This document shows, in pieces, positions 20,121 through 28,517 of a stretch of DNA of 64,000 bases (its first letter is position 1; each line of letters begins with the position of its first letter). A program made the position numbers and the translations under genes. The DNA comes from Chthoniobacterales bacterium (GTDB lineage Bacteria > Verrucomicrobiota > Verrucomicrobiia > Chthoniobacterales > JACTMZ01). The stretch lies in NCBI GenBank assembly GCA_040881855.1, contig JBBECM010000073.1, forward strand, positions 12,515 to 76,514. Reading direction: 5' to 3'. A model generated the notes under the pieces. That model made no database searches and had not been told where the DNA came from. It worked only from the letters and a program-made list of their open reading frames with translations.

Positions 20121-20294
20121 TTATTTGGTCTCCCGATGCAGCGTGTGGCGCCGCAGATGCGGATTGTATTTCTTTTTCTCGAGTCGCCCGGGCGTGCGCA
20201 GGCTCTTCTTGTTGCGGGTGCTCGTGTAGCGGGAGACCGGCTTTCCTTCGGCCGCGGCCTCCGTGCATTCGAGGGTGATAATTTCCTGTGGCAT
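20121..20294 (-). CDS. rpmG: 50S ribosomal protein L33
   Basis: Translated by hand, since it is shorter than the entries listed in the track: [57 protein letters not shown] (57 aa). It has the L33 pattern (...Y.T.KNK...P.RLE.KKY.P..R.H..H.E.K). Lies 6 nt upstream of rpsR. Confidence 0.88.
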   Translation of the reverse strand: MPQEIITLECTEAAAEGKPVSRYTSTRNKKSLRTPGRLEKKKYNPHLRRHTLHRETK

Positions 20295-20298
20295 GTTT

Positions 20299-20982
20299 TT
20301 ATTCCTTGCTGTCGGCCGCGGTTTCTTCGTCGGAGTCCTCGCCGGACTCCTCGTCGAGGGAGTCGAAGAGGCGCCCGACGGGCGGGCGAAGGCGGCTGAA
20401 ACGGTTTTTCTTCTCGATCTCGTTTTGGCACTCGACGGTGAAGCGCGCGAACGGGCGCGCCTCGAGACGTGCCTTGGGGATCGGCTTGCCGCTCATCTCG
20501 CAGGTGCCGTAGGTGCCTTTGGCCACGCGCTTGAGGGCCTCGTCGATCTCGAAAAGCGCATCCTGCTCCTGCGAGAGGAGATTGAGCGCGAAATCGCGGT
20601 CGTAGGCATCGCTCCCGGCATCGGCCTGGTGCAGACCGTGGGCCGACACCTCGTGGGAGTCATGACCGGTGCGCAGGTTGTCGCGGGCCACCCCGGTCAT
20701 GGAATCGAGCAGGGTGTCTTTGAGGGCAAGCAGACGCAGTTGCTGCTTCTTGAGCCATGGATTGAGACGGCGGCTTTTGTCCACCGGTTGGCCGAAAGCG
20801 AGCATTTCGCGCGTGCCGACCAACGGGGCCTTGCTCGCTCGGGCGGGCCGTTTGACCGGCGCCGCGGACGACTTTTTCGCCGCGGGTTTGTTCGCCGCGG
20901 GAGGTTTTTTGGCCGCCGGTTTCTTCTTGGCCGCCGGCTTTGGCGCCGGCTTGGCCTTGGGTGTTTTCTTGGTCGCAGGCAT
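20299..20982 (-). CDS. DksA/TraR-family protein with Lys/Ala/Pro-rich N-terminal tail and acidic C-terminal tail
   Basis: The core aligns to DksA (acidic coiled-coil tip ...[12 protein letters not shown]..., then [31 protein letters not shown], compare FGYCESCG..I...RLEARP.A..CI.C). The N-terminal ~55 aa are PAKK repeats. The C-terminus is [14 protein letters not shown]. Confidence 0.8.
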   Translation of the reverse strand: MPATKKTPKAKPAPKPAAKKKPAAKKPPAANKPAAKKSSAAPVKRPARASKAPLVGTREMLAFGQPVDKSRRLNPWLKKQQLRLLALKDTLLDSMTGVARDNLRTGHDSHEVSAHGLHQADAGSDAYDRDFALNLLSQEQDALFEIDEALKRVAKGTYGTCEMSGKPIPKARLEARPFARFTVECQNEIEKKNRFSRLRPPVGRLFDSLDEESGEDSDEETAADSKE

Positions 20983-21048
20983 GGAAAGTTCTCTTTAAGG
21001 GGCGGGGAAACTAACGGTCCACCGCCGACCGCGCAAGGCTTTTCGGCC

Positions 21049-21945
21049 TCACGAACCGGGCAGCGGCACGGGGCGATCACCTATCTTGTCGGCCTCCATC
21101 TGCGCCTTTTCTTCCTCGCCCGGGGTGTAAGGCCGGCCGCCGGAGACGACCACTGTGCCGCCGGATTGCTTGATCAGCCGCGGCCGGGTCCCCGCCTCGA
21201 CGTAAAACTGGCGGTCGATCACTTTTCCGTCCAGATCGAGGTGCGTGTAAAGGAACTGCTTGGGCGCGTTGTTCTGCAGGATGTGGATCTCGTTGCGCGT
21301 GTCGAGGATGACACTCGGCCGGCCGAAGGTGAGAAAAGGTCCGAGCTGGTGCGTGGCGTAAATGCGCCCGTTCTCGCGGTCCTCGATACGCGCGTAAAGG
21401 CGCGTGCTGCGTGACAATTTGTGCGAAAGCAGCGTGATGGTGCGCAACTCGGGCCGCCCGTCGCCGCCGGGGACACCGACGACTTCCTGCCAGATGGGCC
21501 GGCCCTCGGTAATCTCCACGGCCAGCGGCGGCGAACTGAAGAACCTTCCGAATTCGGCGACATAGACCGAAGCCCGGACGCGGTAGAGACCGAACTCCTG
21601 CAAGGGAAACAAGGGCGTGAGGTTGAACGCGGCGGGCAGTTTCTCGCCGGCCTCGACCGCCGCAGGCGGGAAAGAGTAGTCGGGGTCGACCGGGGGAATG
21701 ATCCGCCCGTCGGCCGCCTCGATGTTGAAACTCAGCCAGCGATGGTCGGCCGTGTTGTCGAGCAGGAGTTGGCGCCCGCTCAGGTTGTGCACGGTCACCG
21801 CGGCGATGAGCGGCTCATACATCACGTAGAGCTTCCGCTTGAAGCTGATGTCCACGCGTACCTGCGCCGCCGCCTGCTCGGCCGCGCCGGCCAACAGCAA
21901 CAAACCCGCGACAAGCGCGAATCGGGATGGAATTCGGAGGATCAT
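21049..21945 (-). CDS. secreted hypothetical protein (all-beta)
   Basis: Signal peptide MILRIPSRFALVAGLLLLAGAAEQAAAQ. The start overlaps the upstream stop (ATGA). No family recognised. Confidence 0.7.
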   Translation of the reverse strand: MILRIPSRFALVAGLLLLAGAAEQAAAQVRVDISFKRKLYVMYEPLIAAVTVHNLSGRQLLLDNTADHRWLSFNIEAADGRIIPPVDPDYSFPPAAVEAGEKLPAAFNLTPLFPLQEFGLYRVRASVYVAEFGRFFSSPPLAVEITEGRPIWQEVVGVPGGDGRPELRTITLLSHKLSRSTRLYARIEDRENGRIYATHQLGPFLTFGRPSVILDTRNEIHILQNNAPKQFLYTHLDLDGKVIDRQFYVEAGTRPRLIKQSGGTVVVSGGRPYTPGEEEKAQMEADKIGDRPVPLPGS

Positions 21946-23867
21946 TGCGGGGGCGTGTCAGACACGGTGCGAAATCCCAGTGTATCCTGCTGTTGCAAAG
22001 GGTCCAGTATAGCCCGCCGGCGCGTGACGTGGTGTTCGGGGTTGCCCCAGTTGCCGCCGCGCACGACCGGCACCTCGTCGCCCAGGCCCTCCTCGTGGGG
22101 AGCGAACGTGGCCGTCCATTCCGAAACATTGCCGCCCAAACCCCGCACGCCGTAGGGACTGACGTCGCCGGCCGGCTGGTTGACCGGTGACCAGCGCTTG
22201 TAGCCGTCGAGATCCCCGCCTTTCTTCGGGTCGGGGTCGTAATCGTGGCCCGTGCCCGCCCGCGCCGGATCCTCTTCATTGCCCCAGGGGTATTTGCGGG
22301 CATCGGTGCCGCGCGCGGCTTTTTCCCACTCCTGCTCGGTCGGAAGGCGGCGGCCTCTCCACTTGGCGTAAGCATAGGCGTCGAACCAGTCGACATTGAA
22401 GACCGGGGAGTCGACTTCGAGCGCGGCCTCCTTGAATTGCTTCCAGCGCACCGCGCGCGTGTAGTAACCGGGCATCGGCGGGGTCAAAGCATTGTTGTCG
22501 GCCCAGTCGAGCGGCACGTGCCATTTTCCCTCAGGCATGTCGGGGTGCGCGAAATTTTTCGCCTCGTCGGGATTGGCCTCGAGAAAATCAAGGAACTCTT
22601 TGTAGTCCGCGATGGTCACCTCGTGCTCGTCGATCCAGAAGGCGGGCAAAGCAATGCTCTCCCCGTCCTGGTAGACAAACTCGCCGGCGGGAATTTCGAT
22701 CATTTTCGTCACCACCGTGCGCGTGCCGCCGGCGAAGAAACGCAACAAAGCGAGCACCCCGACCAGCAGGAGGAGCATGGAGAGAGCGGCGGTGATCAGG
22801 AGACGCTTCTTCTGCTGTCGCTTGGATTGCTCGACGAGTTCCTTGGATTTCGCGGCGCGCGCGCCGAGGCGTCCGGCGTCTTTGGGTGCGGACACCGGCT
22901 GCGCCGCGTTCGCCGTTTGCAGGGCCAGCGCCCAGTCCGGCCGGTCCGCCTCCTGCAAGGTCGCGGCCGCACCCGCCGCCGCGCCTCCCGGGGCGGCGAG
23001 CTGCCCGATCACCGCGGCGAATGCGCGCACTTCCGAGCCCTCGTCCGGCGGGGTGACCACCCCCGACTGCGCGAGATTGGCCAGACGCGGGCGCAGCGAG
23101 CCATCGAGCAGCACATCACCGGGCTCCAACCGGCGGCGCCCGAGACCCTGCTGCCCGAAGTGCCCGGACACCTCGGCTGCCGTGCGCATGGCCGCGAGCA
23201 AAACCCGGTCGTCAAGTTGGTGACCGGCCGCGGCGTAAGCAGCGAGGGTGTAACCGGGGACAAAATCCGAACTGTAAAAATAGTGGCCGTCCGCCTCCCC
23301 CGCTTCGTGCACGGCGAGGAGGTAAGGATGGGTCACCGCGGCCTTGGCCCGGGCATCGGCGAGGAATTTTTCGACCGCCGCCGGCTCCGCGGCTGCTTCG
23401 GCGGAAAGCGCGTGGAGGAGGACATGGCGGGACATCGACGCCTGCCACGCAAGGTAGTCCACCGTTCCCGCCCCCTCCCCGGCCGGCTCCTGCAGGTAAT
23501 ACGCGCCCAAGTTCATCCCCGGGGCGAGCCCCTGCGGGGCAGCGAGCACGGCAACCAGTTGCTCGCGTGTCACCGGCTTGGCCAGCACCGGGGCGCCCGC
23601 GGTCCGGTCGGCGTGGCCGGAAAGGTCGTAACCGCTGAGAAAAACCGTCCGCATGCGCGGGAACTCGGCCGCCAGCATGTCGCGGAGGCGGAATCCATCC
23701 ATCGGTTCCATGACCACATCGGTCACCAGCACATCGGGTCCGCCCCAAGCACGGGCCGCTTTGAGCGCGTCGCCGCCGGTCGAAGCGGTGCGCAGTTCGA
23801 ACCCGTCGAGTAAAGCGCGCCAGGCGTCGAGGACATGTTCCTCGTCGTCGACCAGCAGGATTTTCAT
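21942..23867 (-). CDS. multidomain protein: response-regulator receiver + degenerate Ser/Thr kinase-like (pseudokinase) + TM helix + FGE/SUMF1-type domain
   Basis: REC: MKILLVDDE, LVTDVVMEPMDG, FLSGY, LAKP. Kinase-like: GEGAGTVDY...VLLHAL (no Lys), HPYLLAVHEAGEADGHYFYSSDFVPGYTL, RRRLEPGDVLLD (no HRD Asp), ANLAQSG (no DFG). TM: LLITAALSMLLLLVGVLALL. FGE: WIDEHEVTIADYKEF, RLPTEQEWEKAARG, GNVSEWT, RGGNW, GFR. Confidence 0.85.
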   Translation of the reverse strand: MKILLVDDEEHVLDAWRALLDGFELRTASTGGDALKAARAWGGPDVLVTDVVMEPMDGFRLRDMLAAEFPRMRTVFLSGYDLSGHADRTAGAPVLAKPVTREQLVAVLAAPQGLAPGMNLGAYYLQEPAGEGAGTVDYLAWQASMSRHVLLHALSAEAAAEPAAVEKFLADARAKAAVTHPYLLAVHEAGEADGHYFYSSDFVPGYTLAAYAAAGHQLDDRVLLAAMRTAAEVSGHFGQQGLGRRRLEPGDVLLDGSLRPRLANLAQSGVVTPPDEGSEVRAFAAVIGQLAAPGGAAAGAAATLQEADRPDWALALQTANAAQPVSAPKDAGRLGARAAKSKELVEQSKRQQKKRLLITAALSMLLLLVGVLALLRFFAGGTRTVVTKMIEIPAGEFVYQDGESIALPAFWIDEHEVTIADYKEFLDFLEANPDEAKNFAHPDMPEGKWHVPLDWADNNALTPPMPGYYTRAVRWKQFKEAALEVDSPVFNVDWFDAYAYAKWRGRRLPTEQEWEKAARGTDARKYPWGNEEDPARAGTGHDYDPDPKKGGDLDGYKRWSPVNQPAGDVSPYGVRGLGGNVSEWTATFAPHEEGLGDEVPVVRGGNWGNPEHHVTRRRAILDPLQQQDTLGFRTVSDTPPQ

Positions 23868-24865
23868 GGAGCCTCGCCGGCGGGGAGGGTCGCGTCTGCA
23901 GCCGGCAATTCGCTCAAGGGAGGCGGGAACAATTCCTGCAGATCAACCGGTTCGGCCCGCGTTTCCTGCAACTGGCCGCGATGGTAGATGTTGACCACGT
24001 AGCCGTAGTATTCCGGCGCCGGACCGCCGTCGGGTCCGAGACGCGGGACCTCGTATTTGACCTCGAGAATTTCAATGCCCTCGTCTTTCCAGTCGACCGG
24101 GGTGGTGAACCACATTGACTGCACGCGGCTCCCCGTCGGGACGATTTCGCCGTTGAGCATTTCGTAGAAAGTCACGTTGATGCGCACATCACGGCCGTCG
24201 ACCGTCTCGCCGGGACGCGCTTTGACCGCCAGACGCAAATCCTTGGTCTCGGCCCCGCCTTGGTTGTTGTCGTTCAGCTTCAAGTCGACCACCCCGAGCA
24301 AAGATCCCGGTTGCAGGCCGACTTGGTCGCGCAACTCAAGGGCACCCGCCGCGGCCGTTTCGGTCGCTTCGGCCGGCGCGGCCTCCGGCTGGAGCAGGCG
24401 CAGGCGGATTTCCGCAACCTCGAGGAAACGCCCCGCGTCCGGCCCGAGGGAAATGAGCTCCTGCCATGCCGTCTCGGCCAACTCGGTCTGCCCAAGGCGC
24501 TCGTGCAGTCCGGCCAGACGCGACAGAACCTCCGCATTGCGCGGCTGCAGCATCTGGGCTTCCTCGAGCGGAACCAAAGCGTCCCCGGGGGAAGTTCCGC
24601 CCCCGAGTTTCTCCGCTTCGGCCAGCAATTCCGCCACCCGCGCCGCGACCTGCGCGTCGTCCTCGGCGGGTGCCGGCGGAGGGCTCTGGGGAGCCGGCTC
24701 GGCCGGGGCGGACGGCGCTTCGTCGGCGGGCGGAGCGGAAGCGGCCACCGTTGTCGCCCTGAGCCCGGGACCGAAATAAACCAGCACGGCCACCAATTGG
24801 GCCAAAGCCGCAAGACCGAGGATGGCCGCGGCCACCAGGAATGTTTTTCCGACCGGAGAATTCAT
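23864..24865 (-). CDS. membrane-anchored hypothetical protein (Pro/Ala linker, helical TPR-like segment, C-terminal beta domain)
   Basis: ATG at 24865 gives MNSPVGKTFLVAAAILGLAALAQLVAVLVYF (TM anchor). The stop overlaps the next gene's start (ATGA). The TTG-extended track start at 24904 is less likely. Confidence 0.7.
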   Translation of the reverse strand: MNSPVGKTFLVAAAILGLAALAQLVAVLVYFGPGLRATTVAASAPPADEAPSAPAEPAPQSPPPAPAEDDAQVAARVAELLAEAEKLGGGTSPGDALVPLEEAQMLQPRNAEVLSRLAGLHERLGQTELAETAWQELISLGPDAGRFLEVAEIRLRLLQPEAAPAEATETAAAGALELRDQVGLQPGSLLGVVDLKLNDNNQGGAETKDLRLAVKARPGETVDGRDVRINVTFYEMLNGEIVPTGSRVQSMWFTTPVDWKDEGIEILEVKYEVPRLGPDGGPAPEYYGYVVNIYHRGQLQETRAEPVDLQELFPPPLSELPAADATLPAGEAP

Positions 24866-24923
24866 CAGAGAGTCAGCATGCCGAGGCGGGGGCGGACAAG
24901 TCAACGGCGGTCGGTCCGCCGCC

Positions 24924-26447
24924 TCAAGGCGTGATCACCTCGAAGGATCGTACCCGCCCGCGGGCGAGCAGAAGCATGGCGGCTTCATCGGCGGCCAGCG
25001 CCTCGGCCGCTGCCGCAAACTCGCCGGGCGTGGCCACCGGCGTGTCGTTGATCTGTTCGATGACGTCGCCCGGACGCAACCGCCCACGGGCCGGCGATTC
25101 GGGGGCCACCTCGCGCACAAGGACGCCGGTGATGTTTTCCGGCAGGCGGTAGCGCGCCACCAAGTCCGGGCTCAGGCCGGTCACCTCGACTCCGGTGAGG
25201 GCGCCCGCGGTCCCGGCGGGAGCGGGGCTGGGAGCGGACGGCGGCAACGGTTGCGGCACGACGCCCGCAGGCGGCGGGGCGGGCAAGGCTGCCATGCGAG
25301 CGCGCTGCGGCGCCTCAAGGATGATGATCGAAAGGTCGAGCGGCTGGCCATTGCGCAGCACCTCGGCCTTCACCGTGCTGTCGATTTTCGCCGCGGCCAC
25401 ACGCTTGCGCAGGTCGTTGAAATCACGCACCTCGCGGCCGTCGAATTTCTTTATGACATCGCCGGGTTGCAACCCGGCCTTGGCCGCCGGCGATTCGGCC
25501 TGCACAGCGCCGATGAGGGCGCCGCGCGTGTCCGGCAGGCCGAGACGGGTAGCCGTCCCCGGATCCAGGGGCTTGAGGACCACGCCGAGCTGCGGACGCA
25601 GGACGCGACCATGCTCGAGGATCTGGTCGAGCACGCGGCGCACGGTGTTCGAAGGGATGGAAAAACCGATGCCCTGGCTGCCGCCAGATTGGGAAAAGAT
25701 GAAATTGTTGATGCCGACGATCTCCCCGCGGATGTTGATGAGCGGACCGCCCGAGTTTCCGGGGTTGATCGCCGCATCGGTCTGGAAAAAATCGTTGGCC
25801 ACCTCGCTGGAGAACAAGCGCTCGCGTGCGCTGATGATACCCTGCGTGATCGTTTCCTGCAGGCCGAAGGGATTGCCCACCGCGAAGACAAGCTGGCCGA
25901 CGCGCACCGCGTCGGAATCGGCGAAGCCCAGCGGACGCAACCCCTCGGCCTCGATCTTCAGGATGGCGAGGTCGGAAGACGTGTCGGCGCCGAGCAACTC
26001 GGCCGGCAAGCGGCGTCCGTCACCCAGGCTGACCAGGATCTCCTCCGCGCCTTCGATGACATGCACATTGGTCACCACATGACCTTCCTTGGAAACAATG
26101 GCCCCGGAACCCTGCGGCACCGACTCCGGACGCGCCGAGGGCGGCAGGCCGAAAAACTGGCGCAATAACTCCTCGCGCGGGTCGACCGCGGCGCCGCGGC
26201 GCGAAGTGATGCTGACCACCGACGGGATGACCGCTTCGGCCACCCGCGTGAATTCCTCGTCCAAAGCGGCCAGCCCCGGAACCGATCCGCGACCGATGGC
26301 CGGCTTGACGTCCGGCAAGGCGTTCGACTCGCGGACCGGCTCCGGCCCCGCCGCGCGGTCGAACTGTCCGCTCTTCCACGCGTAGAGCCCGGCCAAGGCC
26401 AGAGTGATGACCAAGACAAAAAGGAGAAATTGCAGGAAGCTTTTCAT
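24924..26447 (-). CDS. HtrA/DegP-family periplasmic serine endoprotease with two PDZ domains
   Basis: Catalytic triad context HVVTNVHVI / SDLAILKI / GNSGGPLIN. Two PDZ-like segments (GLQPGDVIKKFDG and RLRPGDVIEQINDT). N-terminal anchor. Confidence 0.92.
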   Translation of the reverse strand: MKSFLQFLLFVLVITLALAGLYAWKSGQFDRAAGPEPVRESNALPDVKPAIGRGSVPGLAALDEEFTRVAEAVIPSVVSITSRRGAAVDPREELLRQFFGLPPSARPESVPQGSGAIVSKEGHVVTNVHVIEGAEEILVSLGDGRRLPAELLGADTSSDLAILKIEAEGLRPLGFADSDAVRVGQLVFAVGNPFGLQETITQGIISARERLFSSEVANDFFQTDAAINPGNSGGPLINIRGEIVGINNFIFSQSGGSQGIGFSIPSNTVRRVLDQILEHGRVLRPQLGVVLKPLDPGTATRLGLPDTRGALIGAVQAESPAAKAGLQPGDVIKKFDGREVRDFNDLRKRVAAAKIDSTVKAEVLRNGQPLDLSIIILEAPQRARMAALPAPPPAGVVPQPLPPSAPSPAPAGTAGALTGVEVTGLSPDLVARYRLPENITGVLVREVAPESPARGRLRPGDVIEQINDTPVATPGEFAAAAEALAADEAAMLLLARGRVRSFEVITP

Positions 26448-26466
26448 GGCAAGGGGACAAATTGCC

Positions 26467-28428
26467 TCAAGCCGACCCGCGGCGCAACGCGTCCGCGTGC
26501 AGCCAGTCCCAGAGACGGTCGATCGAGCCTTGCACCCGCACCCGGGCCGCCGCCACCTCGTCCGCGGTCATCTTCCGCCCGGGCGGCTTTTCCACCCCGA
26601 AAATATAATATTTGATCTTCGGCTCGGTGCCGCTCGGACGAACGGCACAACGGCGCCCACCGGCTAGCGTGAAAATGATCATGCCCTCGGCCGGGATACG
26701 CTCGCCCTCCACATCGTGGATAATATCCACGGCGAAATTTTCCACCTTCACCACCTGGACGCCATCCATCACGGACGGCGGATCCTCCGCGTAAGACGCC
26801 GCCAACTTCGCGATTTGCGCCGCACCCTCCGCACCTTCAAAGACAAGCGACTCGCCGCGTTCGAGGTAAACACCGAGCGTGGCGAAAATATCGTCGAGAT
26901 ACTCCATCGCGGTCATCCCCTTCGAGCGGGCGGAGGCCACCACCTCGGCGAAACCGGCCACCGCCGCATTGGCATCTTTGTCGCGGGCGAAATCCGACAA
27001 GGTGTAGCCGTAGCTTTCCTCGCCACCCATGACCATGAGCGAAGAATGGGCCAAGCGCAGCCGCAGCGTTTCGTCCTCCGGCAAATGCGGGTAATCCGCT
27101 CGCAGCTCGGCGGGAATGCCCTCCTCGTATTTGCGCAGCTTGGCCGCATTGTATTTGAAACCGGTCAACGTTTCCACGCAGCGCAAACCGAAGTGCTCCG
27201 CCACCGCTTTCTGCAGGTCGGTCGTGACATAAGTCTTGATGATGACCGCGCGCGATTTGTTCGACTCGTCGAGAATCCCCAGTTCGAACATCCGCGACGC
27301 CCGGTAGTAAGCCAGCATCGAGCCGATCTGGTTGCCGGTCAGGAGCTCCATCCGCCCCGCGCGGTTGCGCGCAGCCACACCCATGCGGTCGTCGTCCGGA
27401 TCGGTGGCCATGACCAAATCCGCGCCGATCTTGTCGGCCAGCGCGACGGCCATGGTCAGGGCTTCCGCATATTCCGGGTTCGGTGACTTGACCGTGGGGA
27501 ACCTGCTGTCCGGCACGAGCTGCTCGGGCACGGCCGTCGCGTCGAAGCCCAGCCGCTCGAGCAAAGGCATCACGATGGAAGCACCCACGCCGTGCAGCGG
27601 GGAGTAGACGATTTTCAGCCCGCGCTCGCGCGCGACAAGTTCGGGATCAAGCACCACACGCTCAAGACGGTCGAGGTAAGCCTCGTCCATTTCCGCACCG
27701 AGGGTCCGGCGCAGGCCCTGCTCGCCGGACGGCAGCGGGTCGAAATGCGCACTCTTCACCGCATCGACCTTGGCGATGATGCCCGAGGCATGCGGTTCGA
27801 CAACCTGGCCGCCGTCCTCGAAATAAACTTTGTAGCCGTTGTAAGCCGACGGGTTGTGGCTGGCCGTGATGTTGATGCCGGCCGCGGACCCCGTCTGCCG
27901 CACGGCGAAACTCAATTCCGGGGTCGGGCGCGGCTCGGCGAAAACCAGCGCGTCGCACCCCGACCCGGTGATCACCTTCGCCGCCAAGTCCGCGAACTCG
28001 CGGGAGAAAAAACGCGTGTCATAGCTGATGCAAATGCGCGGGCGGTGCGGGAGTTTTTCGCGGGCCGCCCATTCTTTGACATAAGCAACCAGCCCCTGAG
28101 TCGCCCGGCTGATGTTGAAGTCGTTCATCGCGTTGGTTCCCGTGCAGGGGAACTCCGGACGGTCGAGAGCCTGCGGCGTGCCCCGCTCCGCGGCAGTCAC
28201 CACGGCTCCGATCGTTTTGCCGCGCAGCCCGCCCGTGCCGAAGGCCAGGGTGCGGAAAAACCGGTTGTTCAACTCGGCCCAGTCGCCCGACTCCGCCAAC
28301 TCGGCGATGCTCGCCTTCTCCACCTCCTGCGGATGGCCGGCCAGCAGCGCCCGGATGTTTTCCAGGGACGACGCGAGCAGGGCTCCGCTTTGCGCGCCCT
28401 CTTCCAGCCGGCGGGACAAGTCACTCAT
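26467..28428 (-). CDS. phospho-sugar mutase (phosphoglucomutase/phosphomannomutase family)
   Basis: Active-site loop GINITASHNPSAYNGYKVY, metal loop ATDPDDDRMG, and GEESYG. Track ORF trimmed to the ATG at 28428 (MSDLSRRLEEG). Confidence 0.9.
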   Translation of the reverse strand: MSDLSRRLEEGAQSGALLASSLENIRALLAGHPQEVEKASIAELAESGDWAELNNRFFRTLAFGTGGLRGKTIGAVVTAAERGTPQALDRPEFPCTGTNAMNDFNISRATQGLVAYVKEWAAREKLPHRPRICISYDTRFFSREFADLAAKVITGSGCDALVFAEPRPTPELSFAVRQTGSAAGINITASHNPSAYNGYKVYFEDGGQVVEPHASGIIAKVDAVKSAHFDPLPSGEQGLRRTLGAEMDEAYLDRLERVVLDPELVARERGLKIVYSPLHGVGASIVMPLLERLGFDATAVPEQLVPDSRFPTVKSPNPEYAEALTMAVALADKIGADLVMATDPDDDRMGVAARNRAGRMELLTGNQIGSMLAYYRASRMFELGILDESNKSRAVIIKTYVTTDLQKAVAEHFGLRCVETLTGFKYNAAKLRKYEEGIPAELRADYPHLPEDETLRLRLAHSSLMVMGGEESYGYTLSDFARDKDANAAVAGFAEVVASARSKGMTAMEYLDDIFATLGVYLERGESLVFEGAEGAAQIAKLAASYAEDPPSVMDGVQVVKVENFAVDIIHDVEGERIPAEGMIIFTLAGGRRCAVRPSGTEPKIKYYIFGVEKPPGRKMTADEVAAARVRVQGSIDRLWDWLHADALRRGSA

Positions 28429-28517
28429 GGGGCGGGGAATATAGACATCGGCGCGGCGGGAGGGAAGCCCGAGCCCCGCGTTGCGGAGGCGGTGCTCCAC
28501 GCTTAGAGTCTCCGGCC

